NCBI GenBank assembly: GCA_043827405.1
Contig: JBDRPD010000062.1
Coordinates: 73,933 to 137,932, forward strand
DNA: 64,000 bases
Source of the DNA: Elusimicrobiota bacterium
GTDB lineage: Bacteria; Elusimicrobiota; Elusimicrobia; UBA1565
Reading direction: 5' to 3'
The notes beneath the pieces were generated by a model. The model had not been told where the DNA came from. It made no database searches and worked only from the letters and a program-made list of their open reading frames with translations. The translations under genes and the position numbers were made by a program. Shown piece by piece: positions 18,333 to 27,673 of this stretch (positions within the stretch are counted from its first letter, which is position 1; the number at the start of each line of letters is the position of its first letter).

Positions 18333-20305
18333 AGCATTTTCTCTTGCTCGAAGATGCGGGCGTCCTCCCAGAAGATAAAGGCGCCAAAGAGCAGAAAGAG
18401 CAGGCCCAGCGGCAGCAGCGCGCCGGTCCCCTGCAGCCGCTCTCGCAGCTTGGCGAAGGGCTGTTCGCTCATGCGTCGGAAGGCGGATTTTTTCTTCTCA
18501 GCAGCGGCCGCGGTCTTGGCGGCGGCGGCGGTCGCGCTCATCTCTACCGCGATCCCGTCGGAGGACATCATCTGGTCGACGGCCTCGCTGCGCTGCTGCT
18601 GCGCCGCGACGGGCCGGGCGCCGTCTTTCTGCTGCTTGTCCATTTCCGGCTGGTAGTTCGCGGCGGCGGCGAAAAAAAGCGCGGCAGCGCCGCAGAGGAC
18701 GAAGAAAAAGGTGCGGATAGGGACGGCCTCTTCGGGATGGGTGCTGCGGTTCTTGAACAGCGCCAGGAAGTAGAAACATGCGCCGGCCAAGGCCAGGACA
18801 GGAGCCCGTTGATGGCGGGCTTGTGCGTCAAGCAGGACGCGCCAGGTGAGGCTGTCGGGAAGGCCGAACTGAAAGGCGGCGGCGGCCGACAGCGCCGAGA
18901 ACAAGAGCACTCCGACGATCGTCAGCCGGCTCTTGCGCGACTGGGAGGCCAGGCGCACCGTCATGAGAAAGCCGAATACGGACAGCGGCAGGAATATCGC
19001 GCGGCCGGCCGCGGCCAAGGACTCCGGCGTGGGCGGTGCGCCTTGGATGCCGGCGAAATACAGCTGCGCGACGCCGAGACTCAGCAGGGCGAGCGAGACG
19101 ACGCCGAGACCGGCGGGAGCGGCGCCCGCCGAAGCGAGGGTCAAGAGGACCGGGGCGCTCAGGTAGACCAGGTCCTTCATCCCGGCGAAGACGGCGCTGG
19201 CGCCCGTCGCGAGCCACAGCACGGCGGAGACCAGCGGCTTCCAGCTGACGGGATTAAGCGCATGCGGATCGTCAGGATCATCGATCTCTTGGAAAGTTTC
19301 GCCGGGAGAATCCGCCGGCGGCAGCGGGGTGCGTAAAGTCGGCGTCATGCCGCCCGGGTTGGGCGCGGGGATCGGTACCGCCGCTCCTTCCACGTGCGTG
19401 GGAGACGGACGCTTGCCGGGCGTTATGATGCCGAGGTCGATGACTTGGCCGCCGGTCATCATTTCGTTGGCGTCGCCGACGACCATGCCCGGGGAGTTGA
19501 GCGCCTGCAGAAGTTCCGTTACGTCCTTGTAGCGCTCCGCCGGCTTCTTGGCCATCATCTTCATGATGACCTCGGCGGCCATGGTGCTCACGTCGGGATG
19601 AACCGAGCGGGCATCCGGTACCGGATTATTGCAGTGCATGGCCACGATATCCTGCGGCGTCGGGCCCATAAACGGCGGCTGCCCCGTGATCATGTGAAAA
19701 TAGGTCGCGCCCATAGCGTAGATATCGCAGCGGCCATCCACCGCCTGGCCGTATATCTGCTCCGGCGCCATGTAGAGCGGCGTGCCGATAACTTCGGCGG
19801 CCTGGGCTTTGCCCGCAGGGTCCGTCTTGAGCGCCAAGCCGAAGTCGGCGAGGCGGATAGCGCCGTCTTTGGCCAGCAGGATGTTGGAGGGTTTGATGTC
19901 GCGGTGGACGATGCCGTGCTTATGCGCTTCCTGCAGCCCTTCGAGCGAGGCTTTGATGATCTGCAGGCAGCGCAGCGGTTCGATCTTGCCCGAACGTCCG
20001 AGCAGGTCCTCGGCGGTCTCACCGTCGACGAACTGCATGACGATGTAGTTGAGGTTGTTCTCCGCTCCCACGTCGTAGACCTGGGTGATGCGGGGATGTT
20101 CGAGGCGCGCCGCCGCCCGCGCTTCCAGCTGGAAGGATTCCACCGCGCCCGGACGGGCGGCGACTTTGGGATAAAGGAACTTGATGACGACGACGCGATC
20201 GAGGCGGACATGATGGGCCTGGTAGGCGACGCCCATGCCGCCCTCGCCAAGCTTCTTGAGGATTTGGCAGCCGCCGACTGTTTTGCCAATCATGGGATCG
20301 GGCAT
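18329..20305 (-). CDS. Hanks-type Ser/Thr protein kinase with a multi-pass membrane C-terminus
   Basis: LGEGGMG, VIK, HRDIKPSN, DFG, YMAPE; Pro-rich linker; several hydrophobic helices in the C-terminal half. Confidence 0.92.
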   Translation of the reverse strand: MPDPMIGKTVGGCQILKKLGEGGMGVAYQAHHVRLDRVVVIKFLYPKVAARPGAVESFQLEARAAARLEHPRITQVYDVGAENNLNYIVMQFVDGETAEDLLGRSGKIEPLRCLQIIKASLEGLQEAHKHGIVHRDIKPSNILLAKDGAIRLADFGLALKTDPAGKAQAAEVIGTPLYMAPEQIYGQAVDGRCDIYAMGATYFHMITGQPPFMGPTPQDIVAMHCNNPVPDARSVHPDVSTMAAEVIMKMMAKKPAERYKDVTELLQALNSPGMVVGDANEMMTGGQVIDLGIITPGKRPSPTHVEGAAVPIPAPNPGGMTPTLRTPLPPADSPGETFQEIDDPDDPHALNPVSWKPLVSAVLWLATGASAVFAGMKDLVYLSAPVLLTLASAGAAPAGLGVVSLALLSLGVAQLYFAGIQGAPPTPESLAAAGRAIFLPLSVFGFLMTVRLASQSRKSRLTIVGVLLFSALSAAAAFQFGLPDSLTWRVLLDAQARHQRAPVLALAGACFYFLALFKNRSTHPEEAVPIRTFFFVLCGAAALFFAAAANYQPEMDKQQKDGARPVAAQQQRSEAVDQMMSSDGIAVEMSATAAAAKTAAAAEKKKSAFRRMSEQPFAKLRERLQGTGALLPLGLLFLLFGAFIFWEDARIFEQEKML

Positions 20306-20373
20306 AATCGATTAAGTATGAGAATAGCAGTACATTTAGCTGTTGGCAAGTCATCATTTGCTAAAATGAGCAC

Positions 20374-21732
20374 ATGAAAAAAGCGGCACGCACGAGCAAA
20401 ATGAAAGCGCAGGTTTCCGAACAGCCCTTCAAATATCCCATCGCCAAGCCCTTCGCGGAGCCGGACTGGCGTCGTTTTGCGGTCTGGAAGGATGCTTCAC
20501 GCGCGGACTGGGAGAGCGCGCTGTGGCAGCGGCGCCATTCGATCAAGAACCTCAAGGAGTTCAAGACCGCGTTCGGCGAGCATCTCGCGGACGATCTGCT
20601 GGCCGACATCGACCGGGATCAGCAGCAGTTCGCGACCATGTCGATGCTGATCCCTCCGCAGATGATCAACACCATGGATGAGAAGGATCTGCGCGCAGAT
20701 CCCGTCCGCCGCTATATGGCGCCCGCCGCCAGCGAGCGCCATCCCGAGTGGTCGAATCACCCCAAGGCTTCGCGCGACAGCCTGCACGAAGCCGACATGT
20801 GGGCCGTCGAAGGACTGACGCACCGCTATCCGACCAAGGTGCTGGCCGAACTGCTGCCGACCTGCCCGCAGTACTGCGGGCACTGCACGCGGATGGACTT
20901 GGTGGGCAATAATACGCCGCAGGTGCAGAAGGTCGGCTTCGCCATGAAACCGAAGGAGCGCTACGCGGCGATTCTCGACTACCTGCGCCGGACGAAGTCG
21001 GTGCGCGACGTCGTCATCTCCGGGGGAGATATCGCGAACCTGCCCATTCAGGTGCTCGAGCCGTTCGTAAACTCGGTCATGGAACTCCCCAATGTCCGGG
21101 ATGTCCGGCTTGCAACCAAGGGCCTGATGGGGCTGCCGCAGCACTTCCTGCAGGATGAGGTGCTTAAAGGCTTCGAGCGCATCGCCAAGAAGGCGCATGA
21201 ATGCGGCGTCGAAATCGCCGTCCATACGCACGTCAACAGCGCGCGTCAGCTGACCCCGCTGGTCGCTAAAGCCGTGCGTAAGCTCCTGGATATGGGCTAC
21301 CGCGACGTGCGCAACCAGGGGGTGCTGATGCGCGGCGTCAACGCGACCGCGAAGGATCTGCTGGAGCTGTGCTTCACTTTGCTCGACCATGCCAAGATCA
21401 TGCCGTACTACTTCTACATGTGCGACATCATCCCCAACTCCGAGCATTGGCGCCTCGCCGTATGGGAGGCGCAGCAGCTGCAGCATGACATCATGGGCTA
21501 TCTCCCGGGCTTCGCGACCCCGCGTATCGTCTGCGACGTGCCGTTTGTCGGGAAGCGCTGGGTTCAGCAGTGCGGCGGCTATGACCGGGAAAAAGGAATA
21601 TCCTGCTGGACCAAGAACTACCGCACCAGCATTGAGGCGGACGATCCCGATGCGCTGACGCGCAAGTATGAGTATTTCGATCCGATCTATACGCTGCCGC
21701 CCGCCGGACAGGAATACTGGAGCAAGCAATAG
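20374..21732 (+). CDS. kamA: KamA-family radical SAM/PLP aminomutase (probable lysine 2,3-aminomutase)
   Basis: GLTHRYPTK, CPQYCGHCTR (CxxxCxxC), VISGGD, HTHVN, NQGVLMRGVN, PYYFYMCD; start may be ATG 20401. Confidence 0.88.
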   Translation: MKKAARTSKMKAQVSEQPFKYPIAKPFAEPDWRRFAVWKDASRADWESALWQRRHSIKNLKEFKTAFGEHLADDLLADIDRDQQQFATMSMLIPPQMINTMDEKDLRADPVRRYMAPAASERHPEWSNHPKASRDSLHEADMWAVEGLTHRYPTKVLAELLPTCPQYCGHCTRMDLVGNNTPQVQKVGFAMKPKERYAAILDYLRRTKSVRDVVISGGDIANLPIQVLEPFVNSVMELPNVRDVRLATKGLMGLPQHFLQDEVLKGFERIAKKAHECGVEIAVHTHVNSARQLTPLVAKAVRKLLDMGYRDVRNQGVLMRGVNATAKDLLELCFTLLDHAKIMPYYFYMCDIIPNSEHWRLAVWEAQQLQHDIMGYLPGFATPRIVCDVPFVGKRWVQQCGGYDREKGISCWTKNYRTSIEADDPDALTRKYEYFDPIYTLPPAGQEYWSKQ

Positions 21733-21736
21733 GTTA

Positions 21737-21925
21737 ATGTTTTACCGGATGCCGAAAGGCGACGGCGCGTTTCTCGCCGGGCTCTTGGTCTTTTCCGCCT
21801 TGGCCTTTCTCATTCCGGCGCTGCGCACCGCCAAGTTTGCGGGCGTCGCATATTTCGGCTGGTGGATGGCCGCCCTGATGTTTCTGGGACCGCTGTGGGC
21901 GCTGCTGCGGATGCTTAAGAAATGA
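21737..21925 (+). CDS. Small two-TM membrane protein, probable symporter accessory subunit
   Basis: MFYRMPKGDGAFLAGLLVFS...; ATGA overlap with the symporter start. Confidence 0.7.
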   Translation: MFYRMPKGDGAFLAGLLVFSALAFLIPALRTAKFAGVAYFGWWMAALMFLGPLWALLRMLKK

Positions 21926-23346
21926 GCGTCGAAGCGGTCCTGGTCGTTCTCTATCTCGCGTGCTGCATCGCTATCGGCGTCTATTTCGCGCGTCAAGGCC
22001 TGTCCTCGCAGGAGGAATACTGGGTCGCGGGGCGCAATATCGGCGTCGCCGCCAATGCCATGGCGATCATGGCGAGCCTGGCCAGCGGCGGCTCGATCAT
22101 CGGCGTCATGGGCCTGGCCTACGCCTACGGCATCCCGTATACGCTGTCGCTGTTCGCCGGAGCGATTTTGGGATTTCCCATGGCCGCGGTGCTCGTCGCC
22201 GGGCCGCTGCGTAAGTTCGGGGGCTTCACGCTGTCCGATTTCCTGTCCTACCGCTACCCGCACGCCGCCGTGCGCTGGCTGGTCCCGCTGTTTGTCGTCT
22301 TCGCCTTCACCGTCTACATCATCGCGCAGATGAAGGCCGCCGGCATCACGGCGGAGGTCCTGCTGGGACTGCCCTACAAGCCGGCGGTGACGGCGGCGGC
22401 GATCGTCTTCATCCTCTATGTGTCGATCGGAGGCATGCTGGCGGTTACCTGGACCGATATCGTCCAGGGGTCGCTGATGCTTTGCGTCGTGCTGGGTACG
22501 GTCTGCGCGCTGATGGTGAAGCAGGGCGCGCCGCTCGCCCTGCTGGAGCGGGCGACGGCGGCGGCGCCGGAGCTCGGTGAGATGACGGATGCGCCGCTGT
22601 CGAGCCTGCTGGGAATTTTCGTGCTGTGGGCCGCCGCCATTCCGGTGATTCCGCATATCGTCATGCGGGTGTTCACCGCGAAGGATCCGCGGGGAGCGCG
22701 GCTGTCGCTGAACCTGGCGATGATCGCCTACAGCGCTATGATCCTCGGCGCTGTTTTCATCATCGTCCCGGTCGGCAAGATGATGTTCCCCGATCTCGCG
22801 GACCAGGACCGCGTCTTCCTCATGGTCATGCAGAGCGAGTTCCCTCCGGTGGTGCGCGGCCTCGCGATCGCCGCGGTCATGGCCGCCGTCATGTCCACGA
22901 CCGACGCCCTGCTGCTGGCCTGCAGTGCGGCCGTCACCCATGACCTTCTCGGCCCTTGGCTCGAGCGGTCCTCTCCCCGGGCGCGCAAGTGGGTTACGGT
23001 CGCCGTGCCGTGGGCCATCGGCCTGGCCGCGATGTGGCTGGCCTATTCGCCGCCCGCGGTCATCACCAAGTTCTACTCCGGCGCTATCGGCTTGCTGAGC
23101 GCCAGCCTGTTCGTCCCGCTGATCGCCGGCCTATGGTGGAAGCGGGCCAATACCTTGGGCGGCGTGCTGTCATTGTGCGCCGGAGCCGCGGTCTACCTCG
23201 TCGTTCAGTACGGGACGAGCGCGCCCGCGTTCTCCGCGGTCCTATACGCGCTGGGGGCGAGCGCTGCCGGCATGGGGGTCGGCGGCCGGCTGGGCGTCGT
23301 GTCCGCACCCGCCATCCTCGCGCGCATCGACGAGCTGCACGGGTAG
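21922..23346 (+). CDS. Sodium:solute symporter (SSS) family protein
   Basis: EYWVAGR, GGMLAVTWTD, PHIVMR, AAVMSTTD; about 13 TM helices. Confidence 0.92.
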   Translation: MSVEAVLVVLYLACCIAIGVYFARQGLSSQEEYWVAGRNIGVAANAMAIMASLASGGSIIGVMGLAYAYGIPYTLSLFAGAILGFPMAAVLVAGPLRKFGGFTLSDFLSYRYPHAAVRWLVPLFVVFAFTVYIIAQMKAAGITAEVLLGLPYKPAVTAAAIVFILYVSIGGMLAVTWTDIVQGSLMLCVVLGTVCALMVKQGAPLALLERATAAAPELGEMTDAPLSSLLGIFVLWAAAIPVIPHIVMRVFTAKDPRGARLSLNLAMIAYSAMILGAVFIIVPVGKMMFPDLADQDRVFLMVMQSEFPPVVRGLAIAAVMAAVMSTTDALLLACSAAVTHDLLGPWLERSSPRARKWVTVAVPWAIGLAAMWLAYSPPAVITKFYSGAIGLLSASLFVPLIAGLWWKRANTLGGVLSLCAGAAVYLVVQYGTSAPAFSAVLYALGASAAGMGVGGRLGVVSAPAILARIDELHG

Positions 23347-23351
23347 TGCGG

Positions 23352-23891
23352 CTACTGTCCGTCTACCGTATCGGCCAATGAAGATGCGACGTCGCAGTAG
23401 CTGCGTACCTGGCTCGCCTCGCTCAGTTCCGGCACCTGGATGTCGATCTTGTTGTGCAGGACGAGGATGCGCAGGTCCGGCAGCTGCAGCAGCCGCTGGC
23501 GCATCGCCGGGTCGACGGCGGACTGGCCGAACTCCAGAGGCGTCGAGCGGACCATATAGCGCGTATCGAACGCCTTGTCGCCGAAGTCGACCCGGTCCGG
23601 GACGACCATGCCCGCCGCCTGCTCGACTTCCTGCCGGGGACCGATCTCGATGCGGATATTGGTCCGGCACTGGAGGGGGGAGGTCAGGACCATGCTCTCG
23701 GGATGCGCGGTGAACGCCATCTGGCGGTTTTTCCACTGCCCGGTCATGGCCGGCGGGTTCGCGGTGAACTGAAACTCGATAATTTTCGCCAGCTCCGGCC
23801 AACGGCTGGCCGGGTTGTTGTGGCGGCTTTCCCGCCAAACATAAAAGGCGATAGGAACAGAAATACCGATCAGAATTAGCAGAATTTCCAT
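23352..23891 (-). CDS. Hypothetical membrane-anchored protein
   Basis: N-terminal TM helix MEILLILIGISVPIAFYVW; soluble domain containing FGDKAFDTRY. Confidence 0.7.
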   Translation of the reverse strand: MEILLILIGISVPIAFYVWRESRHNNPASRWPELAKIIEFQFTANPPAMTGQWKNRQMAFTAHPESMVLTSPLQCRTNIRIEIGPRQEVEQAAGMVVPDRVDFGDKAFDTRYMVRSTPLEFGQSAVDPAMRQRLLQLPDLRILVLHNKIDIQVPELSEASQVRSYCDVASSLADTVDGQ

Positions 23892-23951
23892 ATGGGCATC
23901 GTACCACATTTACTTGAAGAGTTCTCTGATGACTGCTATCCTCATTGGCGT

Positions 23952-25004
23952 ATGAGCAAGCCGCAGACTCCGCGTCCGTCGCGCGGCCGGCCGGATCCCC
24001 GGCCGATCGACTGGGAGCAGGTAACCGACGAGGAGCTCCTCGCCAAGCGCATCTGCGACCTTCCGCTCAAGATCGAGGGGACGGTCCTGGAAGAGTGGGT
24101 ACGGACCGTCTACCGGGAACTGGAGACGAAAGGGATAGGGTTTCACCCCGAGGTCTATTTGGGCGACGAGTGGTTCTCTCCCGAAGGTGATCCCATTATC
24201 AGCATCCCGTACTACTTGGCGCATCCGCGGCTCATCAAGCTGGAACGCAGCCGCGTGCTGGAAGCCGAGGGTGAATCGCGGGAGTGGTTTCTTAAGCTGC
24301 TGCGTCACGAGATGGGCCATGCTTTGTCGCATGCATACGGTCTCGGTCGCAGTAAGGGCTACCGCAGCGTTTTCGGCGACCCCGCGCAGGAGTACCCGGA
24401 CGGCTTCCGTCCCCGGCCGTACAGCCGGAAGTACGTGCAGCATCTTTTCGACTGGTACGCGCAGCTTCATCCGGACGAGGACTACGCGGAGACTTTCGCG
24501 GTTTGGCTGACCCCGGACAAGGACTGGCGCCGGGAATATGCGTCCTGGCCGGCGCTGCGGAAGCTGGAGTTCGTCGACCGTCTGATGGGCGGCATCCGCG
24601 GACGGCGGCCCAAGAAGAGCCGCGCGCCGAAGTGGCGGCACCTGCGCTCGATCCGCATGACGATCGCCTATTCGCACAAGCTCAAGCGCCGGGCGATGGA
24701 GGAGGACTTTCCCGACTACTTCGACCGGGATCTGCTGGCTATCTTCGCAAGCGGGGGGGAAGCCGAAAAAGCCGGCTGCTTTCTGCGCCGGCACCGCAAG
24801 GAGCTGGTGCGCAGCATCGCGCAGTGGACGCTGGCGAAGAAATATACGGTCAATGAGCTCGTCACGCGGCTCGCCGAGCGCGCCGACGAGCTTGCGCTGC
24901 GCGTCGCGCGGCCGGAGCTTACGACGCTGACCCGGGTGAGCGTCTGCCTGACGGCGATGGCCAAGAACTACTTCCTGACCGGCAAATTCAAGAGGCGCGT
25001 CTGA
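23952..25004 (+). CDS. Putative zinc-binding metallopeptidase (Peptidase_Mx-like)
   Basis: LRHEMGHA (HExxH), YAQLHPDEDYAETFAVWL. Confidence 0.82.
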   Translation: MSKPQTPRPSRGRPDPRPIDWEQVTDEELLAKRICDLPLKIEGTVLEEWVRTVYRELETKGIGFHPEVYLGDEWFSPEGDPIISIPYYLAHPRLIKLERSRVLEAEGESREWFLKLLRHEMGHALSHAYGLGRSKGYRSVFGDPAQEYPDGFRPRPYSRKYVQHLFDWYAQLHPDEDYAETFAVWLTPDKDWRREYASWPALRKLEFVDRLMGGIRGRRPKKSRAPKWRHLRSIRMTIAYSHKLKRRAMEEDFPDYFDRDLLAIFASGGEAEKAGCFLRRHRKELVRSIAQWTLAKKYTVNELVTRLAERADELALRVARPELTTLTRVSVCLTAMAKNYFLTGKFKRRV

Positions 25005-26026
25005 TGGGAAAATCACTGAAGGTTTTGGCGCTCTTTGACGTGGGCGAACCGGTTGAACGCGGCCATGACTTCTCCGAGGATTTCAAGCTGCCGGCGTGGA
25101 AGTCGGAAGCGCATGTGTTCCGAGGACTTAAGAGTCTCGGCCATGAAGTGCGCGCGCTGGGGCTCCACGACGATCTGCATCAGCTGGTCGATGAAATTAA
25201 GGACTTCCGGCCCGATGTCGTCTTCAACTTGATGGAAGAGTTCAATAAGGAAGCCAGCATGGTGCCCAATGTCGTGGCCGTCCTGGAGATGCTGCAGGTG
25301 CCTTACACCGGCGCCTCGCCGATGGGGCTGCGGCTGTGCAAAGACAAGGCGCTGACCAAAACCATCCTGACCCAGCAGGGCATCAGCAATCCGCCGTTTC
25401 AGGTTTTCGATCGGGACAAAATCGTCAAGAAGGCGGGCGGTCTGAACTATCCGCTCGTCCTCAAGCCGATGGTCGATGACGCCTCTTACGGCATCCATCA
25501 GACCTCGGTCGTCTACGACGACGAGCAGCTCGCCGAGCGGGCGAAGCTTATCCATGAAAAGGGCCAGGACGCTCTGGCCGAGGAGTACGTGAAGGGCCGT
25601 GAGCTCTATGTGAGCGTGCTCGGGACCAAACGGCTGCGCGTTTTTCCCATCCGCGAGGTGCGCTTCGGCCGGCTCGCGGACGACACCGCCGAGCCCGTAG
25701 CCTCCTACAAGGTAAAGTGGGACAAGAGCTACCGGCGCAAATGGAACATCACCTACGGCTACGCCAGCGATTTGGACGAGGCGCTCACTGCGCGCATCCA
25801 GGATATGGCGCGGGCGGCCTTTCGGGCGCTGCACCTGACGGGCTACGCCCGCGTGGACATGCGGCTGACTCCCGACAACGAACCCGCTATCCTCGAGGTC
25901 AATCCCAACCCCTATATCGCCAAGGATGAGGATTTCGCCCAGTCGGCGAAGAAGGGGGGGCGGTCCTGGAAGCAGCTGCTGCAGGCGATCATCAACGAGG
26001 CGCTGTCGCTGCCGGATGACGAGTAG
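25004..26026 (+). CDS. ATP-grasp amide ligase, Ddl-like but non-canonical
   Basis: PDVVFNL, VPYTG, DKALTK, KP...ASYGI, EEYVKGRE, YARVDMR, EVNPNP. Confidence 0.88.
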   Translation: MGKSLKVLALFDVGEPVERGHDFSEDFKLPAWKSEAHVFRGLKSLGHEVRALGLHDDLHQLVDEIKDFRPDVVFNLMEEFNKEASMVPNVVAVLEMLQVPYTGASPMGLRLCKDKALTKTILTQQGISNPPFQVFDRDKIVKKAGGLNYPLVLKPMVDDASYGIHQTSVVYDDEQLAERAKLIHEKGQDALAEEYVKGRELYVSVLGTKRLRVFPIREVRFGRLADDTAEPVASYKVKWDKSYRRKWNITYGYASDLDEALTARIQDMARAAFRALHLTGYARVDMRLTPDNEPAILEVNPNPYIAKDEDFAQSAKKGGRSWKQLLQAIINEALSLPDDE

Positions 26027-26900
26027 CGGCGTTCCTCTCTGGTTCGTGCTGGCGGCCGCCTGCGGCGTCTGCAATGCGTTGGAGGGCGCCTGGGTCAAGC
26101 ATCTGAGCGGCCGGGGCTTTAAGCCCGAATTTTTCGCCTGGTGCGCCGCGTCTTTTACCCTCCCCATATTATGGTTCAGCGTCAGCGTCGAGGGCTGGCC
26201 GGCGATTCAGCCGGCGTTCTACTTTCCGTTTGCCATGGCGGTCCTGGGCAATACCGTCGGGCTCATCTGCTTCTTTCGCGCCTTGTCTTACGGTCAGCTC
26301 TCCTTGGTCTATCCCCTCCTCGCCCTGACGCCGGTGTGGATGCTGCTTTCAACGGAGTTCATCACGGGCGAGTTTCCGGGCCGGCTCGGCCTCTGGGGAA
26401 TCCTATTGAGCACCGCGGGCTGCTATGCCCTGGGGCTCGACCGCACCGGCCCCCTGTCCCCCTTCCGCAACCTCTGGGGCATCCCGGGCAGCCGCTGGGC
26501 GCTGATCACCAGCGTGATATGGTCGTTTACCGCCAACTTCGACAAGGCCGCGGTGGAGGCATCGTCGGCGATGTTTCACCCGGCCGCCGCGGGTACGGCG
26601 CTGGCGGTTACGCTGTTCGCCGCCGCGCCGCGCTCCTGCGTCGACGGCCTCAAGCGGTGCGCGAAGTGGGACGACCTGTGGCGCGTTCTGGTGCTGACCG
26701 CGCTCGTGGGGGTGCTGGTGCTCACGCAGTTCGCCGCCGTGGACCGGGCGCAGGCCACCTATGTGACGGCGGTTAAGCGCGGCGGCCTGGTGGTGGGCGT
26801 GCTGCTGGGCTGGCTGCTCTACAAGGAGCCCTACGGCTTGCGCCGGCTGGCGCTCAGCTGCGTGGTGCTCGCCGGCATCCTTTGCCTGGTTTGGGCGTAG
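26016..26900 (+). CDS. EamA/DMT-family transporter
   Basis: About 10 TM helices, LSLVYPLLALTP, LYKEP; overlaps the ligase stop. Confidence 0.82.
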   Translation: MTSSGVPLWFVLAAACGVCNALEGAWVKHLSGRGFKPEFFAWCAASFTLPILWFSVSVEGWPAIQPAFYFPFAMAVLGNTVGLICFFRALSYGQLSLVYPLLALTPVWMLLSTEFITGEFPGRLGLWGILLSTAGCYALGLDRTGPLSPFRNLWGIPGSRWALITSVIWSFTANFDKAAVEASSAMFHPAAAGTALAVTLFAAAPRSCVDGLKRCAKWDDLWRVLVLTALVGVLVLTQFAAVDRAQATYVTAVKRGGLVVGVLLGWLLYKEPYGLRRLALSCVVLAGILCLVWA

Positions 26901-27181
26901 GGCCTCCCTGGATGAAATGTTGCATAATCTTTTAGGCATGCTCCTCAACTCGCGGCAGTATTCTGAAATTACAGAAGCGCGGGTCGCTTTGGATGGGGCG
27001 GTCTGCCGCTCCTCGATGAATGGGAAATGCTTAAATTAATAATGCGTTCCAGTTCAGCACAAGCAGCACGGATGGATGATTCTGGCCTGGCGGGCTGTGC
27101 CGGAATCGCCGGGGCAGAAAAACCTGTACTTACCCCCGGGGTGAGGCGGGAGTATGGGATTGAGGGGGTAGCAGAACGCCG

Positions 27182-27673
27182 ATGAAACATAATTTGGTCG
27201 ACACTACTTCAGGGAAGCGCAAGGATGGATTGATCGCCATGTTGCAGGATATCCAGGCCGAGATGGGCTATCTGCCGGAAGACGCCTTGCGGGCCGTCGC
27301 CGCGAATACCGGCCGGCCGCTCATCGACGTCTACAGCGTGGCTACCTTTTACAGCTCCTTTCGTTTTAAACCCAAGGGGAAGCACCTCATGCAGGTATGT
27401 GTGGGGACCGCCTGCCATGTGCGCGGCGGAAGCCAGGTCGCGGAAGAGATCGGCAAGCGGCTGAAAGTCGAGCCCGGCGATACGACCGAGGACGGGGAAT
27501 ACACTTTGGAAACGGTGAATTGTTTGGGCTGCTGCGCGATAGGCCCCGTTCTGGTTAAGGACGAAAAGTATCACGGCCAGGTCGCCATGAAGGACCTCAA
27601 AGCCCTCCTCTCGGACCAGAAGGCTAAACCGGCAAAACGGAAATGCCGTTGCAAGGACGGAACCAAGAAATGA
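27182..27673 (+). CDS. NuoE/HydC-like [2Fe-2S] subunit
   Basis: LQDIQAEMGYLP, VATFY, VCVGTACHVRG, ETVNCLGCCAIGP. Confidence 0.93.
   Translation: MKHNLVDTTSGKRKDGLIAMLQDIQAEMGYLPEDALRAVAANTGRPLIDVYSVATFYSSFRFKPKGKHLMQVCVGTACHVRGGSQVAEEIGKRLKVEPGDTTEDGEYTLETVNCLGCCAIGPVLVKDEKYHGQVAMKDLKALLSDQKAKPAKRKCRCKDGTKK

Noticed and set aside
20340..20370. Sigma54 promoter upstream of kamA (TGGCA...TTGC)
   Set aside because: GG-to-GC spacing is 13 nt rather than 10; an extended -10 (TGCTAAAAT) is more plausible.
20374..21732. EpmB (EF-P beta-lysylation)
   Set aside because: Longer than typical EpmB, and no efp or epmA is adjacent; a non-lysine substrate cannot be excluded.
25004..26026. Housekeeping ddl
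   Set aside because: Canonical Ddl motifs are altered and the context is peptidase/EamA rather than a cell-wall cluster.
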